A DNA stretch of 64,000 bases from Eledone cirrhosa (taxonomy: Eukaryota). The DNA is taken from positions 201,562,001 through 201,626,000 of the forward strand of contig OZ024741.1 in assembly GCA_964016885.1 (NCBI GenBank), given 5' to 3'. Shown here piece by piece: positions 39,892 through 55,324 of the stretch. The notes below the pieces were generated by a model. That model did not search any database, was not told the DNA's origin, and was given only the letters and a program-made list of their open reading frames with translations. The position numbers were made by a program, and so were the translations under genes. Position 1 is the first letter of the stretch. Every line of letters begins with the position of its first letter.

Positions 39892-42031
39892 TGATAAGAA
39901 GGTAGCTTGGAAGTGTCACTACGAAAGGCTACTAAATGAGGAGAATAATTGGGAGAAAGACAGTCTCCCCCACATCGACCCAATAGAGGGACCAGCAGTG
40001 CAAGTTGAAGGTACTATAATAAGTAAGGCGATCAAAGACATGAAGACGGGCAAGGCGGCCGGGCCTTCGGAAATAGTTGCCGAAATGCTGAAAGCATCTG
40101 AAACGGTGGGACACACTATGGTCACTCGGATAGTAAACCGAGTCATACAGAATGGGGTCGTTCCAAAGGACTGGCGCAGCAGCATCATCATTAACTGCTA
40201 CAAGGGTAAAGGTGATGCCCTAGATAGGGGAAACTATAGAGGCATTAAATTAATTGACCAGGTCATGAAGGTCACAGAAAAAGTAATAGCGCAACTAATC
40301 AGAGAGCGAATTGATCTAGACGAAATGCAGTTCGGGTTTGTGTCAGGTAAAAGTACAACAGACGCTCTTTTCATTGTACGACAACTACAGGAGAAGTACC
40401 TGGCTAAAAGTAAACCTCTATACTTAGCTTTTGTTGACTTGGAGAAAGCCTTTGACAGAATACCCCGCTCGATTATCTGGTGAGCCCTTAAAAAACTAGG
40501 TGTTGATGAATGGCTTGTGAGAGCTATACAAGCCATGTATAATGAAACAGTCAGCAAGGTTAGAATTAACAATGAATATAGTGAAGAGTTTAGCGTAAAA
40601 GTTGGTGTTCATCAGGGTTCCGTCCTTAGCCCCCTACTATTTATTATTGCCCTTCAGGCTATAACAGAGGAGTTCAAGACCGGCTGCCCATGGGAACTCC
40701 TATATGCAGATGATCTAACGCTCATAGCTGAATCAATGGCTGAACTAGAGAAGAAATTCCAAACATGGAAGCATGGCCTAGAATCAAAAGGCCTTAAAGT
40801 TAACTTGTCTAAGACTAAAGTTCTAGTTTGTAGGAAGGAAAATAGGGCACCGGGCCCATCTGGGAAATGGCCATGCTCAGTGTGTAGGAAAGGAGTAGGT
40901 AGAAACTCCATTTTATGTCCCAAATGCAAAGTATGGGTACATAAAAGATGTAGTGGGATCACAGGTAAGCTAACTAAGAATATAGATTTTATATGTGGCC
41001 GGTGCTCTGGTGCAATAAGTAGCAGCAAGTGCCCACAGAATACTAGCTCATTCCATTGTACAGATGGTTCTATAGAAATAGTGGACAGCTTCCGTTACCT
41101 GGGTGACAAAATCAGCAGTGGGGGAGGGTGCTCTGAAAGTACAGTAGCTAGAGTCAGAATGGGATGGAAAAAGTTCAGAGATCTTATTCCACTATTGGCC
41201 GCTAAAGGGTTCTCTCTAAAAATGAAAGGCAGGCTGTATGATGCCTGCATACGAACAGCAATGTTACATGGCAGTGAGACCTGGGCATTGTGTGCAGAGG
41301 ATATACGCAGACTGGAGAGAAACGAAGCTTGCATGCTCCGCTGGATGTGTAATAGTAATATACGTGAACGGCAAAGCATAAACAAACTAAGGGAGAAATT
41401 AGAAATAAGAGGGATCAGATGTTGTTTACTCGGGAGAAGTCTACGTTGGTATGGTCACATGATGCGCATGAAAGACGACAGCTGTATAAAAAAGTGCAGG
41501 GCAATAAAAATAGACGGTAGCCACGGAGTAGGCAGACCCAGAAAAACCTGGGACGACTTGACAAATTCCGACCTCACACACTTACACCTCTCCAAGACAA
41601 TGTCACTGGACCGAGATCTTTGGCGCTACACAGTAATAGAGAAGACCCGCCTTACCTAAGTGCAAAGTGAAACCTACTAGTCAGTAGGCACCTCTAACAA
41701 AATACACCCCGTCCCACTACCCCCACCCCATCCACACCACCCCTTTCAATGTAAAGTTATGTTGGTACCACAACATCCAGCCCGAAACGTGTAGGTGTCA
41801 TGACAAAAAAACACACAGTCCACGCTGTAATGTGGCTGTGTAGGTAACATGGTAAAAACCTCCCAGTACCACACTGTAAATGTGGTTGGTGTTAGGAAGG
41901 GCATCCAGCCGTAAAAAAACCGCCAGACAGTCCTATGCGAGCAAGACAACCACTCTTGCCTCAAGTGGGAAAACTCCCGTCCAAACCCATGCGAGCGTGG
42001 AATATGGACGTTTAACAATGATGATGATGAT
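39892..42031 (+). mobile_element. 5'-truncated RTE LINE, subfamily A, one nonsense codon
   Basis: ORFs 39797-40483 and 40517-41659 are in the same frame, separated by TGA (TGG in the 36.8-kb copy) at 40481; PHD insert; 3'UTR and (ATG)n tail. Confidence 0.95.
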
Positions 42032-42084
42032 ATGTATTATATATATATATGTATTATATATATATATATTATATATTTGACACA

Positions 42085-42217
42085 TAGAGTTATGGCCTTT
42101 GCTATTCTGAGTTCAAATCCAGCCGAGGTTAACTTTGATTTTCATCCTTATAGGGTCGATAAAATAAAGTACCAGTAATACACTGGTGTATTTGCTGGCC
42201 TTGTGCCAAAAGTAGAA

Positions 42218-42221
<4 letters not shown>
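42085..42221 (+). mobile_element. 5'-truncated SINE family 2
   Basis: gagttcaaatcc...gtcgataaaataaagtaccag...ggccttgtgccaaaagtagaaac. Confidence 0.8.
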
Positions 42222-42248
<27 letters not shown>

Positions 42249-42275
42249 TTATATATATATATATTATATATATAT

Positions 42276-42307
<32 letters not shown>

Positions 42308-42454
42308 ATATATTATATATATATATATATTATATATATATTATATATATATTATATATATATATATATATTATATATATATATATATTATATATATATA
42401 TATATTATATATATATTATATATATATATATATATTATATATATATATTATATA

Positions 42455-42486
<32 letters not shown>

Positions 42487-42487
42487 T
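42222..42487. repeat. (TA)n/(TTATA)n microsatellite
   Basis: Direct inspection. Confidence 0.95.
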
Positions 42488-43188
42488 AAAGACGACAGCT
42501 GTATAACAAAGTGCAGGGCAATAAAGATAGACGGTAGCCACGGAGTAGGCAGACCCAGAAAAACATGGGACGAGCTGATAAATTCCGACCTCACACGCTT
42601 ACACCTCTCCAAGACAATGTCACTGGACCGAGACCTTTGGCGGTACTCAGTAATAGAGAAGACCCGCCTTACCTAAATACAAAGTAAAAACCTACTACAG
42701 TCAGTAGGCATCTCTATCAAAACACACCCCCGTCCCACCACCTCCACCCCACCCACACCGCCCCTTTCAATGTAAAGTTATGTTGGTCCCACAACATCCA
42801 GGCCGAAACAAATGAGATCGTGTAGGTGTCACGACAAAAAACACACAGTCCACGCTGTAAATGTGGCCGTGTAGGCAACACGGTAGAAACCTCCCAGCCC
42901 CACACTGTAAATGTGGTTGGTGTTAGGAAGGGCATCCAGCTGTAGAAAACCCGCCAGACAGTCCACGCTGTAATGTGGCCGTGTAGGCAACACGGTAAAA
43001 ACCTCCCAGCCCCACACTGTAAATGTGGTTGGTGTTAGGATGGGCATCCAACTGTAGAAAACCCGCCAGACAGTCCTATGCGAGCAAGACAACCACTCTT
43101 GCCTCAAGTGGGAAAACCCCCGTCCAAACCCATGCAAGCGTGGAACACGGACGCTAAACCTGATGATGATGATGATGATGATGATGAT
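42488..43188 (+). mobile_element. Short RTE-A 3' end with internal ~112-bp tandem duplication
   Basis: KDDSCITKCRAIKIDG...KTRLT* plus 3'UTR; duplication at 42845-43076. Confidence 0.92.
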
Positions 43189-43258
43189 AATATATATATA
43201 TATTATATATATATATATTTATTATATATATTTTATATATATATTATATATATTATAT

Positions 43259-43633
43259 ATCATCATCATCATTTTACGTCCACTTTTCCCTGCTTGCAAG
43301 GGTGGGACGGAAACTGATTTTGGCTTGATTTCTACAGCTGGATGCCCTTCCTAACACCAACCTCATTTACAGTGAGTGCTGCGTGCTTTTCTTCCGTGGC
43401 ACCTAACACGTCCACTTTACAGTGTGGGCTGGGTGCTTTTTTGCCGTGGCACCTCCGCGACCACTTTGCAATGGACCCCAGTCCTATCATCTCATTTCTA
43501 CAGCTGAGTCAACTGGAGCAATGGGAAATAAAGTGTCTTGCTCAAGGAAACAACACATCACCCGGTCTGAGAATTGAACTCACAACCTTTCACTTGCAAG
43601 CCCAATGCTCTAACCACTAAGCCATGTGCATCC
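43259..43633 (-). mobile_element. SINE family 1 with ~30-bp duplicated head segment (43638-43667)
   Basis: Homologous to 24679-25023; tgcaagcccaatgctctaaccactaagccat occurs twice. Confidence 0.9.
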
Positions 43634-43712
43634 ACACTGCAAGCCCAATGCTCTAACCACTAAGCCATATATATATATATATATTTATTATATATATATA
43701 TATATATATATT

Positions 43713-44033
43713 TATTATATATTTAAAAGCGAGGATGTGTGTGTGTCTGTGTACAACTTTGCATACTTAAGGCTTTTACAATTACCAACCGAATATGACC
43801 AAATTTTCTGTGTACGTTGCACAGGTCACTAAGATTGTCACATCACAAACATTTTTCAAATCGACCCACGTTGAGCAATTGACAATCCTTATAAAAAAGG
43901 GATATAGCCAACTTTATTGACAGAAATATAAACATCAGATTCATTTGAAGATAAATCACTAATATTATCGTTTGTTTCTTGTTTATTCTTTGTTGCATTT
44001 CAAACCCTGAGCAACGCCAGGTAAATCTGCTAG
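43713..44033 (+). mobile_element. Short non-autonomous Helitron
   Basis: 5' aaaagcgaggatgtgtgtgtgtctgt; 3' hairpin cctgagcaacgccagg then CTAG|T at 44030-44034. The 5' TC is obscured by (TA)n. Confidence 0.65.
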
Positions 44034-44126
44034 TATTATATATATATATATATGTCTAACCCATGCTAGCTTGGAAAATGGACGTTAAACGAAGATGATG
44101 ATGATATATATATATTATATATATAT

Positions 44127-44521
44127 GGAGGCACATGGCTTAGTGGTTAGAGCATTGGCCTTGCAATCGAAAGGTTGTGAGTTCAATTCTCAGACCTGGT
44201 TATGTGTTATCTCCTTGAGCAAAATGCTTTGTTTCACATTACTCCAGTTTACTCAGCTGTAGAAATGAGATGATAGGACTAGGGGTCCCTATCATTCCAC
44301 TGCAAAGTGGTCGTGGAGGTACCACGGCAAAAAGCACCCAGCCCACACTGTAAAGTGGACGTGTAGGCGCCATGGAAAAAAGAAAAGCACCCACCACTTA
44401 CTGTAAATGAGGTTGGTGTTAGGAAGGGCATCCAGCTGTAGAAATCAAGCCAGAATCAGTTCCCCTCCCACCCTTGCAAGCAGGGAAAAGCGGACGTAAA
44501 AGGATGATGATGATGATGATG

Positions 44522-44523
<2 letters not shown>
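44127..44523 (+). mobile_element. SINE family 1
   Basis: Full head, body, RTE tail and (ATG)n; inserted in (TA)n. Confidence 0.9.
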
Positions 44524-44560
<37 letters not shown>

Positions 44561-44568
<8 letters not shown>

Positions 44569-44933
44569 ATACTTGGGGAAAGTCATATTTGTGTAATAAT
44601 ATTGCCAGAATTAATAACAGAACACACTCACTGTTTGGTTGGTTTTCGCTTCTGTGTCTTTTATATCAGTTAATTTAATTTATTTGGTCCTCAATGTATA
44701 TATATGTGTTTGTGTCTATATTGTATCTGTATTTTTGCCCGTTGGTCAGTCAATGGTAACATCGAGGACCGAATAAATTAAATTAACCGATATAAAAGAC
44801 ACAGAAGCGAAAACCAACCAAACAGTGAGTGTGTTCTGTTATTAATTATGGCAATATTATTACACAAATATGACCCTCCCCAAGTATAACAATATTTGAT
44901 TCGACACACGATTTCATATCAAAAACCTCGCAA

Positions 44934-44937
<4 letters not shown>
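44561..44937. repeat. Inverted repeat with 137-bp arms made of Penelope-type 3' terminus sequence
   Basis: Arms 44561-44697 and 44759-44895 with a 61-nt spacer; the right arm continues into sequence matching 8085-8212. Confidence 0.85.
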
Positions 44938-44987
<50 letters not shown>

Positions 44988-45006
44988 TATATATATATTA
45001 TATATA

Positions 45007-45486
45007 CTAGCAAAAAACCCACCTTTCGGGTGGTTTTCTGCTAGCATGTGTAGTGTGTATATTGATATTATACGCAAGTATATATGCATGTAGATATGAT
45101 ACATCAAATAAAACCGTAATTGACAATATACACAGAAATTGAACGAAGACTGTGTTACACTCTCTTATGTAATCAGTAACGTAATCTATGATACATAAAA
45201 AAAGACAATATTATATATAAACTGCATTAGGGGAAAATTAGTGACAGAAATATATGAATATTTATTTAAACGATTGCTAAGTGGATGTGTTGACATTTGA
45301 AAATTTTAAAGAAGTGTATCTTTAAATAAATAATAAAATATATTTAATGAATAGTCTCAAAATTTAGATAAATTATGTAATATTCATTCATTATTTATTC
45401 AAAGTAATCCAACTTATTTTACTAACGGGAAAAAAAAATTATAAACCGTACGCAGTCCCGCGCTTCTTACTTTATTATAGTTTAGA
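45007..45486 (-). mobile_element. Complete short non-autonomous Helitron (palindromic CTAG-end family)
   Basis: Minus strand A|TCTAAACTATAATAAAG ... CTAG|T, no TSD, inserted in (TA)n. Confidence 0.78.
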
Positions 45487-45601
45487 TATATATATATATT
45501 ATATATTTTATATATATGTTATACATATATATATATATTATACTGGGTCCTATTCAGCACAGCATCTCTCCATTCTTCGCGGTCCTTTGTCATCTCCACC
45601 G

Positions 45602-46432
45602 TGACAACGGTGCTATGTGGTTACTAATAAATATTGTTTAGAAAACATAAGAGAAACACAAACATAAGGACAATTCCTGCTCCTCGTCTGTCTGCTGTCG
45701 GTCAGTGATATTTCGACGCATTAAAGACAGTACATCTCACCACAGTGCGTTAATAACTACGAGGTATAGTTTTTAGGGAAGGAAACAACAACAACAAAAA
45801 AAAACAGACGATAGCGAAAAGAAGGACAGAAAAAGAAAATAAGCAGAAGAAAAAGAAGAAAAACATACCGATAGAGAGGGCGAAACACAAGACTAGTACA
45901 TGTAAGTAGAAGTAACCAATGGGAGAGAGGGAGAAGTTACAAAGGAGTCCGAGTGTAAGCCCTGAATTCTTATTAACAGCACCAGAGAGCGCAAAGAGAA
46001 AAACGTCTGATCTTAGCAAGAACAGGCACAAAGGAGGAGAGACAAAGGAAAACGGAAGTGAGAGGTGGGAGGGGGGAAGTGGTAAGGGAGCAGAGAGAGG
46101 GGGAGAGAAAAGAGATAGATGGTAGGAGAGAAAGAGAATAAGTAAGTGAGAGAGAGAAAGGGAGAGAAAGGAAGGGAAAGAGTTAATCCAAAACGGTAGG
46201 GCTCCAGTCCAAGATTGGAATTAACAACAACAATCGAAATAGAGAGAATAGAATGAAGGTCACAGCAATAAATTAATATGAATTAAAAGTGACAAAGGTG
46301 CTGTGTGGATACTAATAAAGATTGTTTAGAAAACGTAAGAGAAACACAAACATAAGGACAATTCCTGCTCTTTGGCTGTCTGCTGTGGGTTGCTGATGTT
46401 TTGATTCATTAAAGACAGTACATCTCACCACA
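45602..46432 (+). mobile_element. TRIM/LTR-like element: two 143-bp TG...CA direct repeats around a 545-bp non-coding purine-rich core
   Basis: Repeats at 45602-45744 and 46290-46432 with about 16 differences by eye and ATTAAA ~20 nt before each end. No TSD or clear PBS. Confidence 0.55.
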
Positions 46433-46539
46433 ATGATGTCGCTAACTACCAGGTTATGTTGGGAGGTGCATTCCTTACCAGGGAAGGATTTTGTGTTTAC
46501 CACTGACACTCTATCTCATCCTCTGGCAAGGATAACAAC

Positions 46540-49770
<3,231 letters not shown>

Positions 49771-49804
49771 AGACTCCTAAAATTCCTAGATTCCATAAGC
49801 CTGT

Positions 49805-50550
49805 AAGATCTTCATCAGGTTGAGTCTTACTCTTTCTTAAGCTCACTCAGACTTCACTGATAACAAGCCAGCGTCACTGCCCAGTGTACTGAAATTGTAT
49901 GGTTCTGTGTTCCTCATCAGAATGAAATCAATCTGGGACTTAGGTGCATATCAGAGATGTAGGTCCACATCTTCCCTGTCCACATCTTCCCCGGATTCTT
50001 CCTAAACCTTAAGTTGGTTGTCATCAAGTTTGCCTCCAGCAGTAGTCTCCCGTTTCAGTTGGTGTTGTTAATGAAGAACCAGCAAGGATTTTCACTGCTC
50101 TCCTTACTCAGATGTGCATTGAAGTCACCCAGAAAAAGCAGGATGTTATGAACTGGTGTGGTGTTGACATCTCTACACACTTCCTCATGGAACTCTTCTG
50201 CACTCACATCACTGTCCCCCTTGATTGGACTATAGGCTGAGATGATTGTCAGCCTTGGGTTTCCACTGAAGGTCACCCTCAACACTCGCAGGAATGATCT
50301 CCCTCACTAATAGATGGGCTCTTGTACTCAACACAAAACCCACTACTCCTACTGCAGCATTAGTTGTGTTCCTCACTGCTGATGTGGTGATGATCTGGCT
50401 CATCTTTCCAATCATCATTCTCTTCACGGGCTCTTCATGTAGGATTGTGTGTTCTTGAATTGCAAGGATCTGCATACCACTCTCAGATGACCCAACTCCT
50501 CTCTCATCTCCAGCGTCCAAACAGTCCTCACATTCAGAGTGCCAATTTTT
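49805..50550 (-). mobile_element. RTE-group APE endonuclease fragment
   Basis: AIQEH, GNPRLTIISAYSP, LGDFNAH. Confidence 0.8.
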
Positions 50551-50755
50551 ATGGCTCTTCTACAAGACAAAACTATATTTTTATATATATATATTATATA
50601 TCATGTAATGTTTCCTATATGACTCTACTCTTTACCACATACAAAGCAATTATATGCAACCACAACACTAGACCACTACTGCTTATAATTGATAATTTAA
50701 TGTAAGACTGTAAACCTTGGTCAGTAATACACTATTTAACCAGTACTCTAATAAT

Positions 50756-50838
50756 TGTTTCTACTTTTGGCACAAGGCCAGCAAATACCCAGTATATTAC
50801 TGGTACTTTATTTTATTGACCCTGTAAGGATGAAAGGC
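50756..50838 (-). mobile_element. 5'-truncated SINE family 2
   Basis: 11-bp TSD ACTCTAATAAT (50745-50755 and 50839-50849). Confidence 0.85.
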
Positions 50839-50939
50839 ACTCTAATAATGTGTTAATCCTGGTAAGTTAAGATTTAGCATACAAAACACCCCAGTTATCT
50901 CCCTTAGGATCATTATACCCCTTTAACACCACAATATTT

Positions 50940-53448
50940 TTGACTATTTGCAACACAAACTTCCAGAAACCTGCCAATCACCTAATAACCTTCAAATCTG
51001 GCGAGCACATAAGCCAGATTGACTTCTTACTAGTTAGGCAGCGAGACAGGCAGATAGTGTCTAATACCAAGGCATACCCTGGGGAAGAATGTACCCCACA
51101 GCATAGGTTAGTCGTTAGTGATATCTCAGTAAGCAAGAGATGGAATGAGATATACAGGAAGGTGTGTAGAAAAAAAGTCTGGAAGCTAAAAGACCTTTCA
51201 CTAAAATACAAATTTAGGAAAGCCCTTCAAGATGTATATGACGAAAAAGAAGACGATTTAGAGACGTATGACTGGAATTTCTTACGTGACAACTTGCTGC
51301 AGGCTACTGATGAAACTTGTGGCTGGAGCAGAGCTCCAACCAGATAGAGAGTGACCTGGTGGTGGAACAGCACAGTAGATAAGGCCATTAGAGACAAAAG
51401 ACTAGCATGGAAGGCTTGGAAAAAGGGTGGGAGTAGGGAAGAATATACAACCGCTAAGAGAGAAACTAGACGTCAGGTGTACTTAGCACGCAGGGAGGCT
51501 GAGAGTAGGAGGTTTGCCAATGTTCTGCGACGGGAAGATCAGAGGCGTGCAGTGTTCCACATTGCAAGGCAGTGTGTCAATGCAAATCAGGATGTTGTTG
51601 GAGATAAATGTGTCCGGAATGATGCCGGTGTTCTTAGTGTCACGAATGATCAGAAAAAGGAGGCCTGCAAATGTCATTATGAGAGATTGATGAATGTGGA
51701 GAACGAATGGGAGAGAGAGAAATTACCCTTAGTAGATCTGACAGAGGGACCAGCTATTGAGATTGACGAATATAGGGTCCAAGAGGCGATTAAGGAAATG
51801 AAAAATGGTAAGGCTGCTGGACCATCGGGAATAGTTGCTGAGATGCTGAAGGCATCAGGGGACGTAGGCACTAAACTGGTTGCACGCATCATCAATCAGG
51901 CTATATATGGTGGTGTCATACCCAAAGACTGGTGCAGCAGTGTTCTCATAAATTGCTACAAAGGTAAAGGGGATGCTCTGGAGAGGAGCAATTATAGGGG
52001 TATAAAACTGATGGATCAGGTTATGAAAGTAGTAGAAAGGATATTAGCACAACTAATTAGAGAAAGGGTCAAACTAGATGAGATGCAGTTTGGTTTTGTG
52101 CCTGGGAAGAGTACAACAGATACTCTCTTCTTGATGAGACAATTGCAAGAGAGGTTCTTAGAGAAAAATAAGCCACTATACTTAGCATTTGTTGACCTAG
52201 AGAAGACCTTTGATAGAGTACCCGATCTGTCATCTGGTGGTCCCTAAGGAAACTAGGTGTTGAGGAATGGCTTGTGAGGACTGCAAACTTTGTACAGAGG
52301 TACTCTCAGTAAAGTCAGGGTAGGAATGGAGTTTAGTGAGGAATTCCAGATACAAGTAGGAATACATCAAGGTTCGGTCTTCAGCCCGCTCTTGTTCATT
52401 ATACTCCTCCAAGCCATAACAGAGGAGTTTAAGACTGGCTGTCCATGGGAACTTCTCTATGCTGACGATCTGGTTCTTATAGCAGAATCAGTAGAGGAGC
52501 TAGAGAATAAATTCTGACTATGGAAAAAGCAGTTGGAAGTAAGAGGACTGAGAGTGAACCTAGCTAAGACAAAAGTGTTGATGAGTAGAAAAGAGGACAA
52601 AACTCTGATTCCGTCAGGGAAATGGTCATGTTCGATATGCAGAAAAGGAACTGGCATAAATTCTATAAAATGCACACAATGCAGATCCTGGGTGCACAAG
52701 AGATGTAGCGGGATAGCAGGCAAACTAACAGGTAGGGAGAAATATGTATGCAGTAGATGTACAGGGAAATTAGACAGTAGAAGTCACATTGATAGACACA
52801 TTTTTCAAATGCAAGAGGGTGCTGTAGAAGTGGTGGATAGCTTCCGGAACCTAGGAGATCAGATTAGCATGGGAGGAGGGTGTTCCGAGGCCATAGTATC
52901 TAGAATAAGGACAGGTTGGAAGAAGTTTAGGGAGCTGCTTCCTCTGCTGACAAAGAAGGGCTTCTCCCTGCGTATGAAAGGCCGGTTGTATGATGCCTGT
53001 GTGAGGAGCGCGATGCTGCATGGTAGTGAGACATGGGCAGCAACTGCAGAGGATATGCGACGGTTGGAGAGAAATGAGGCAAGCATGCTCCGTTGGATAT
53101 GCAGTGTAAATGTGCGTGAACGACCCAGCATGAATGTGTTGAGAGAGAAACTGTGTCTGAGAGGGATAGAATGTAGTGTACAGGAGAGGAGACTGAGATG
53201 GTATGGACATGTGATGGAGGATGACCGATGGGTGAAGAAGTGCCAGGAAATGCCAGTTGAAGGAAGACGTGGTAGAGATAGACCACGAAAAACATGGGGC
53301 GGAGGTGGTGAGAACAGACTTCAGATCGTTGAAGCTCACGGTGGAGATGACGAAGGACCGTGACGAGTGGAGAGATGCTGGTCTGAATAAGACCCGTCCC
53401 ACCCTTGCGAGCGGGGAAGAGCAGACGTAAAATGATGATGATGATGAT
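50940..53448 (+). mobile_element. 5'-truncated RTE LINE, subfamily B, disrupted
   Basis: ORFs 50940-51347, 51351-52247, 52290-52517 and 52533-53363; highly similar to 26747-29770; PHD insert; (ATG)n tail. Confidence 0.93.
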
Positions 53449-53904
53449 AAGCATAATATGGAAACAGACATATTCTTAATACCTCTAAAATGTTTAAAGG
53501 ATAAACGGTTCATGGATGTGTAGCCCATACTTTGCAGTTGTATGGACTCTCTTCTGTGACATCTTTAAGGACAAAAGTTTTTCTCTGATGAGTCTTATAA
53601 GTACATATCTATGGTAGAATATAAACACATATATATCTACCTGTTTTATTATAAATGTACTTAGAGACAAAACACTGTAAGAAATAGATTTTGTTATTAA
53701 ATGTCTTGCTTTATTCAACATACATTTCTGCATAACCCGCTCTATTTATCTTCTGCACATAACTCTCCTTAAATATAATATTTAATCTCGCATCTTTAAG
53801 CATTGAGCATGCTTTGCTTCAGCTAAAGGCATCTAATATATTATATCATAGTTCCTTCTCTATTCTTATGATATCTGACTCTAATTTTTATATATTATAA
53901 AATA

Positions 53905-55295
53905 AAAACTGATGGACCAGGTCATGAAAGTAACAGAAAGAGTCATAGCACAGTTGATTAGGGGCAGGGTAAATCTAGATGAGATGCAGTTTGGATTTGT
54001 ACCATGCAAAAGCACCACTAATGGCCTCTTCCTATTGAAACAGTTACAGGAAAAGTACTTAGCTAAAAGTAAGCTGCTCTACCTGAAATTTGTTGATCTG
54101 GAGAAAGCTTTCGACAGAGTGCCCTGTGACATAATCTGATGGGATCTTAGAAAACTAGGAGTGAATGAGTCGCTTGTGAAGGCTGTACAAGCCATGTATA
54201 GAGGAGCAGTCAGTAGAGTCAGGATTAACAATGACAGTAGCGAGGAATTTAGCATACAAGTTGGCATCCACCAGGTCTCTGTTCTTAGCCCGTTCCTGTT
54301 TATTATCGTTTTGCAGGCTATAACGGAGGATTGTAAGACTAAGGTCCTAGTGAGTAGGAGAGAAAACAGAACCCAGATCCCCTCAGGGAAATGGCCTTGC
54401 TCAGTATGTAGGAAAGGTGTAGGTAGAAACTCCATCCTATGCCCCATATGCAAACTATGGGTACACAAGAGATGTAGTGGGATCTCAGGAAGTTTAGTTA
54501 AGGATAGAGGCTTTACATGTAACAGTTGCACCAGAAGAGTAAGCAGCAAACAACCGCAGGAAACAAGTGCTACCAAATTCTGGGAGGGCTCTGTAGAAAC
54601 AGTAGACAGCTTCTGCTACTTAGGTGACCGAATTAGCAGCAGTAGCCAGAGTAAGAACGGGATGGAAGTAGTTCAGGGAGCTACAAAAGGCTTTTCCCTC
54701 AGAATGAAAGGCAGACTGTATGATGCGTGCATGTGAACAGCAATGTTGCATGGACATGTGATGCATATGAAGGATGACAGCTGCATAAAGAGGTGCTTTG
54801 GAAGCTTTGGAGTGGGGAGACCCAGGAAGACTTAGGATGAGGTGATAAAAACCGACCTTGCCCAATTGCACCTCTCACAGGTAATGACACAGGACTGAGA
54901 TCTCTGGTGATATGCAGTAATTCAGAAGACCTGACTCCCCACGAGCACAAGCCGAAGCATATATACAGTATGCCCCAACCCACCCTCCTATACACCCCCA
55001 TGAAGACAGGCTAAAGTAAATGCATCCAGTGAAGTCCCCAGCCCACACTGTCAAGTGGTGACACGGCAAAAAATGCCCAGCCCACTGTAAAGTGGTCATT
55101 TAGGTGTCACAACAAAAAGCACCCAGTACTCACTGTAAATGAGGTTGGTGTTAGGAAGGACATCCAGCTGTAGAAACCAAGCCAGAATTAGTCTTGTATA
55201 AGCAAGACATGGTCACCTGACCTAGCATTGCCCACAACAGGGCAACCTGTCTAACACATGCTAGTGTGGAACATAGATGTAAAATGGTGGTGTGA
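53905..55295 (+). mobile_element. Older, internally deleted RTE-A-like LINE
   Basis: QFGFVP, DLEKAFDRV, KWPCSVCRK...VHKRC; family 3'UTR. Confidence 0.85.
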
Positions 55296-55324
55296 TATAT
55301 ATTACATATATATATTTTTCATTT

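Noticed and set aside
40481-40483. TGG-to-TGA stops (also ~52515 and 54137) as editing-rescued codons
   Set aside because: Trp codons are one transition from a stop, the positions differ between copies, and the copies are truncated; neutral decay explains them.
50850-50868. Strong donor cctg|gtaagt as MAP4K exon 2
   Set aside because: Upstream sequence does not encode the expected kinase subdomain II residues, with or without the SINE insert.
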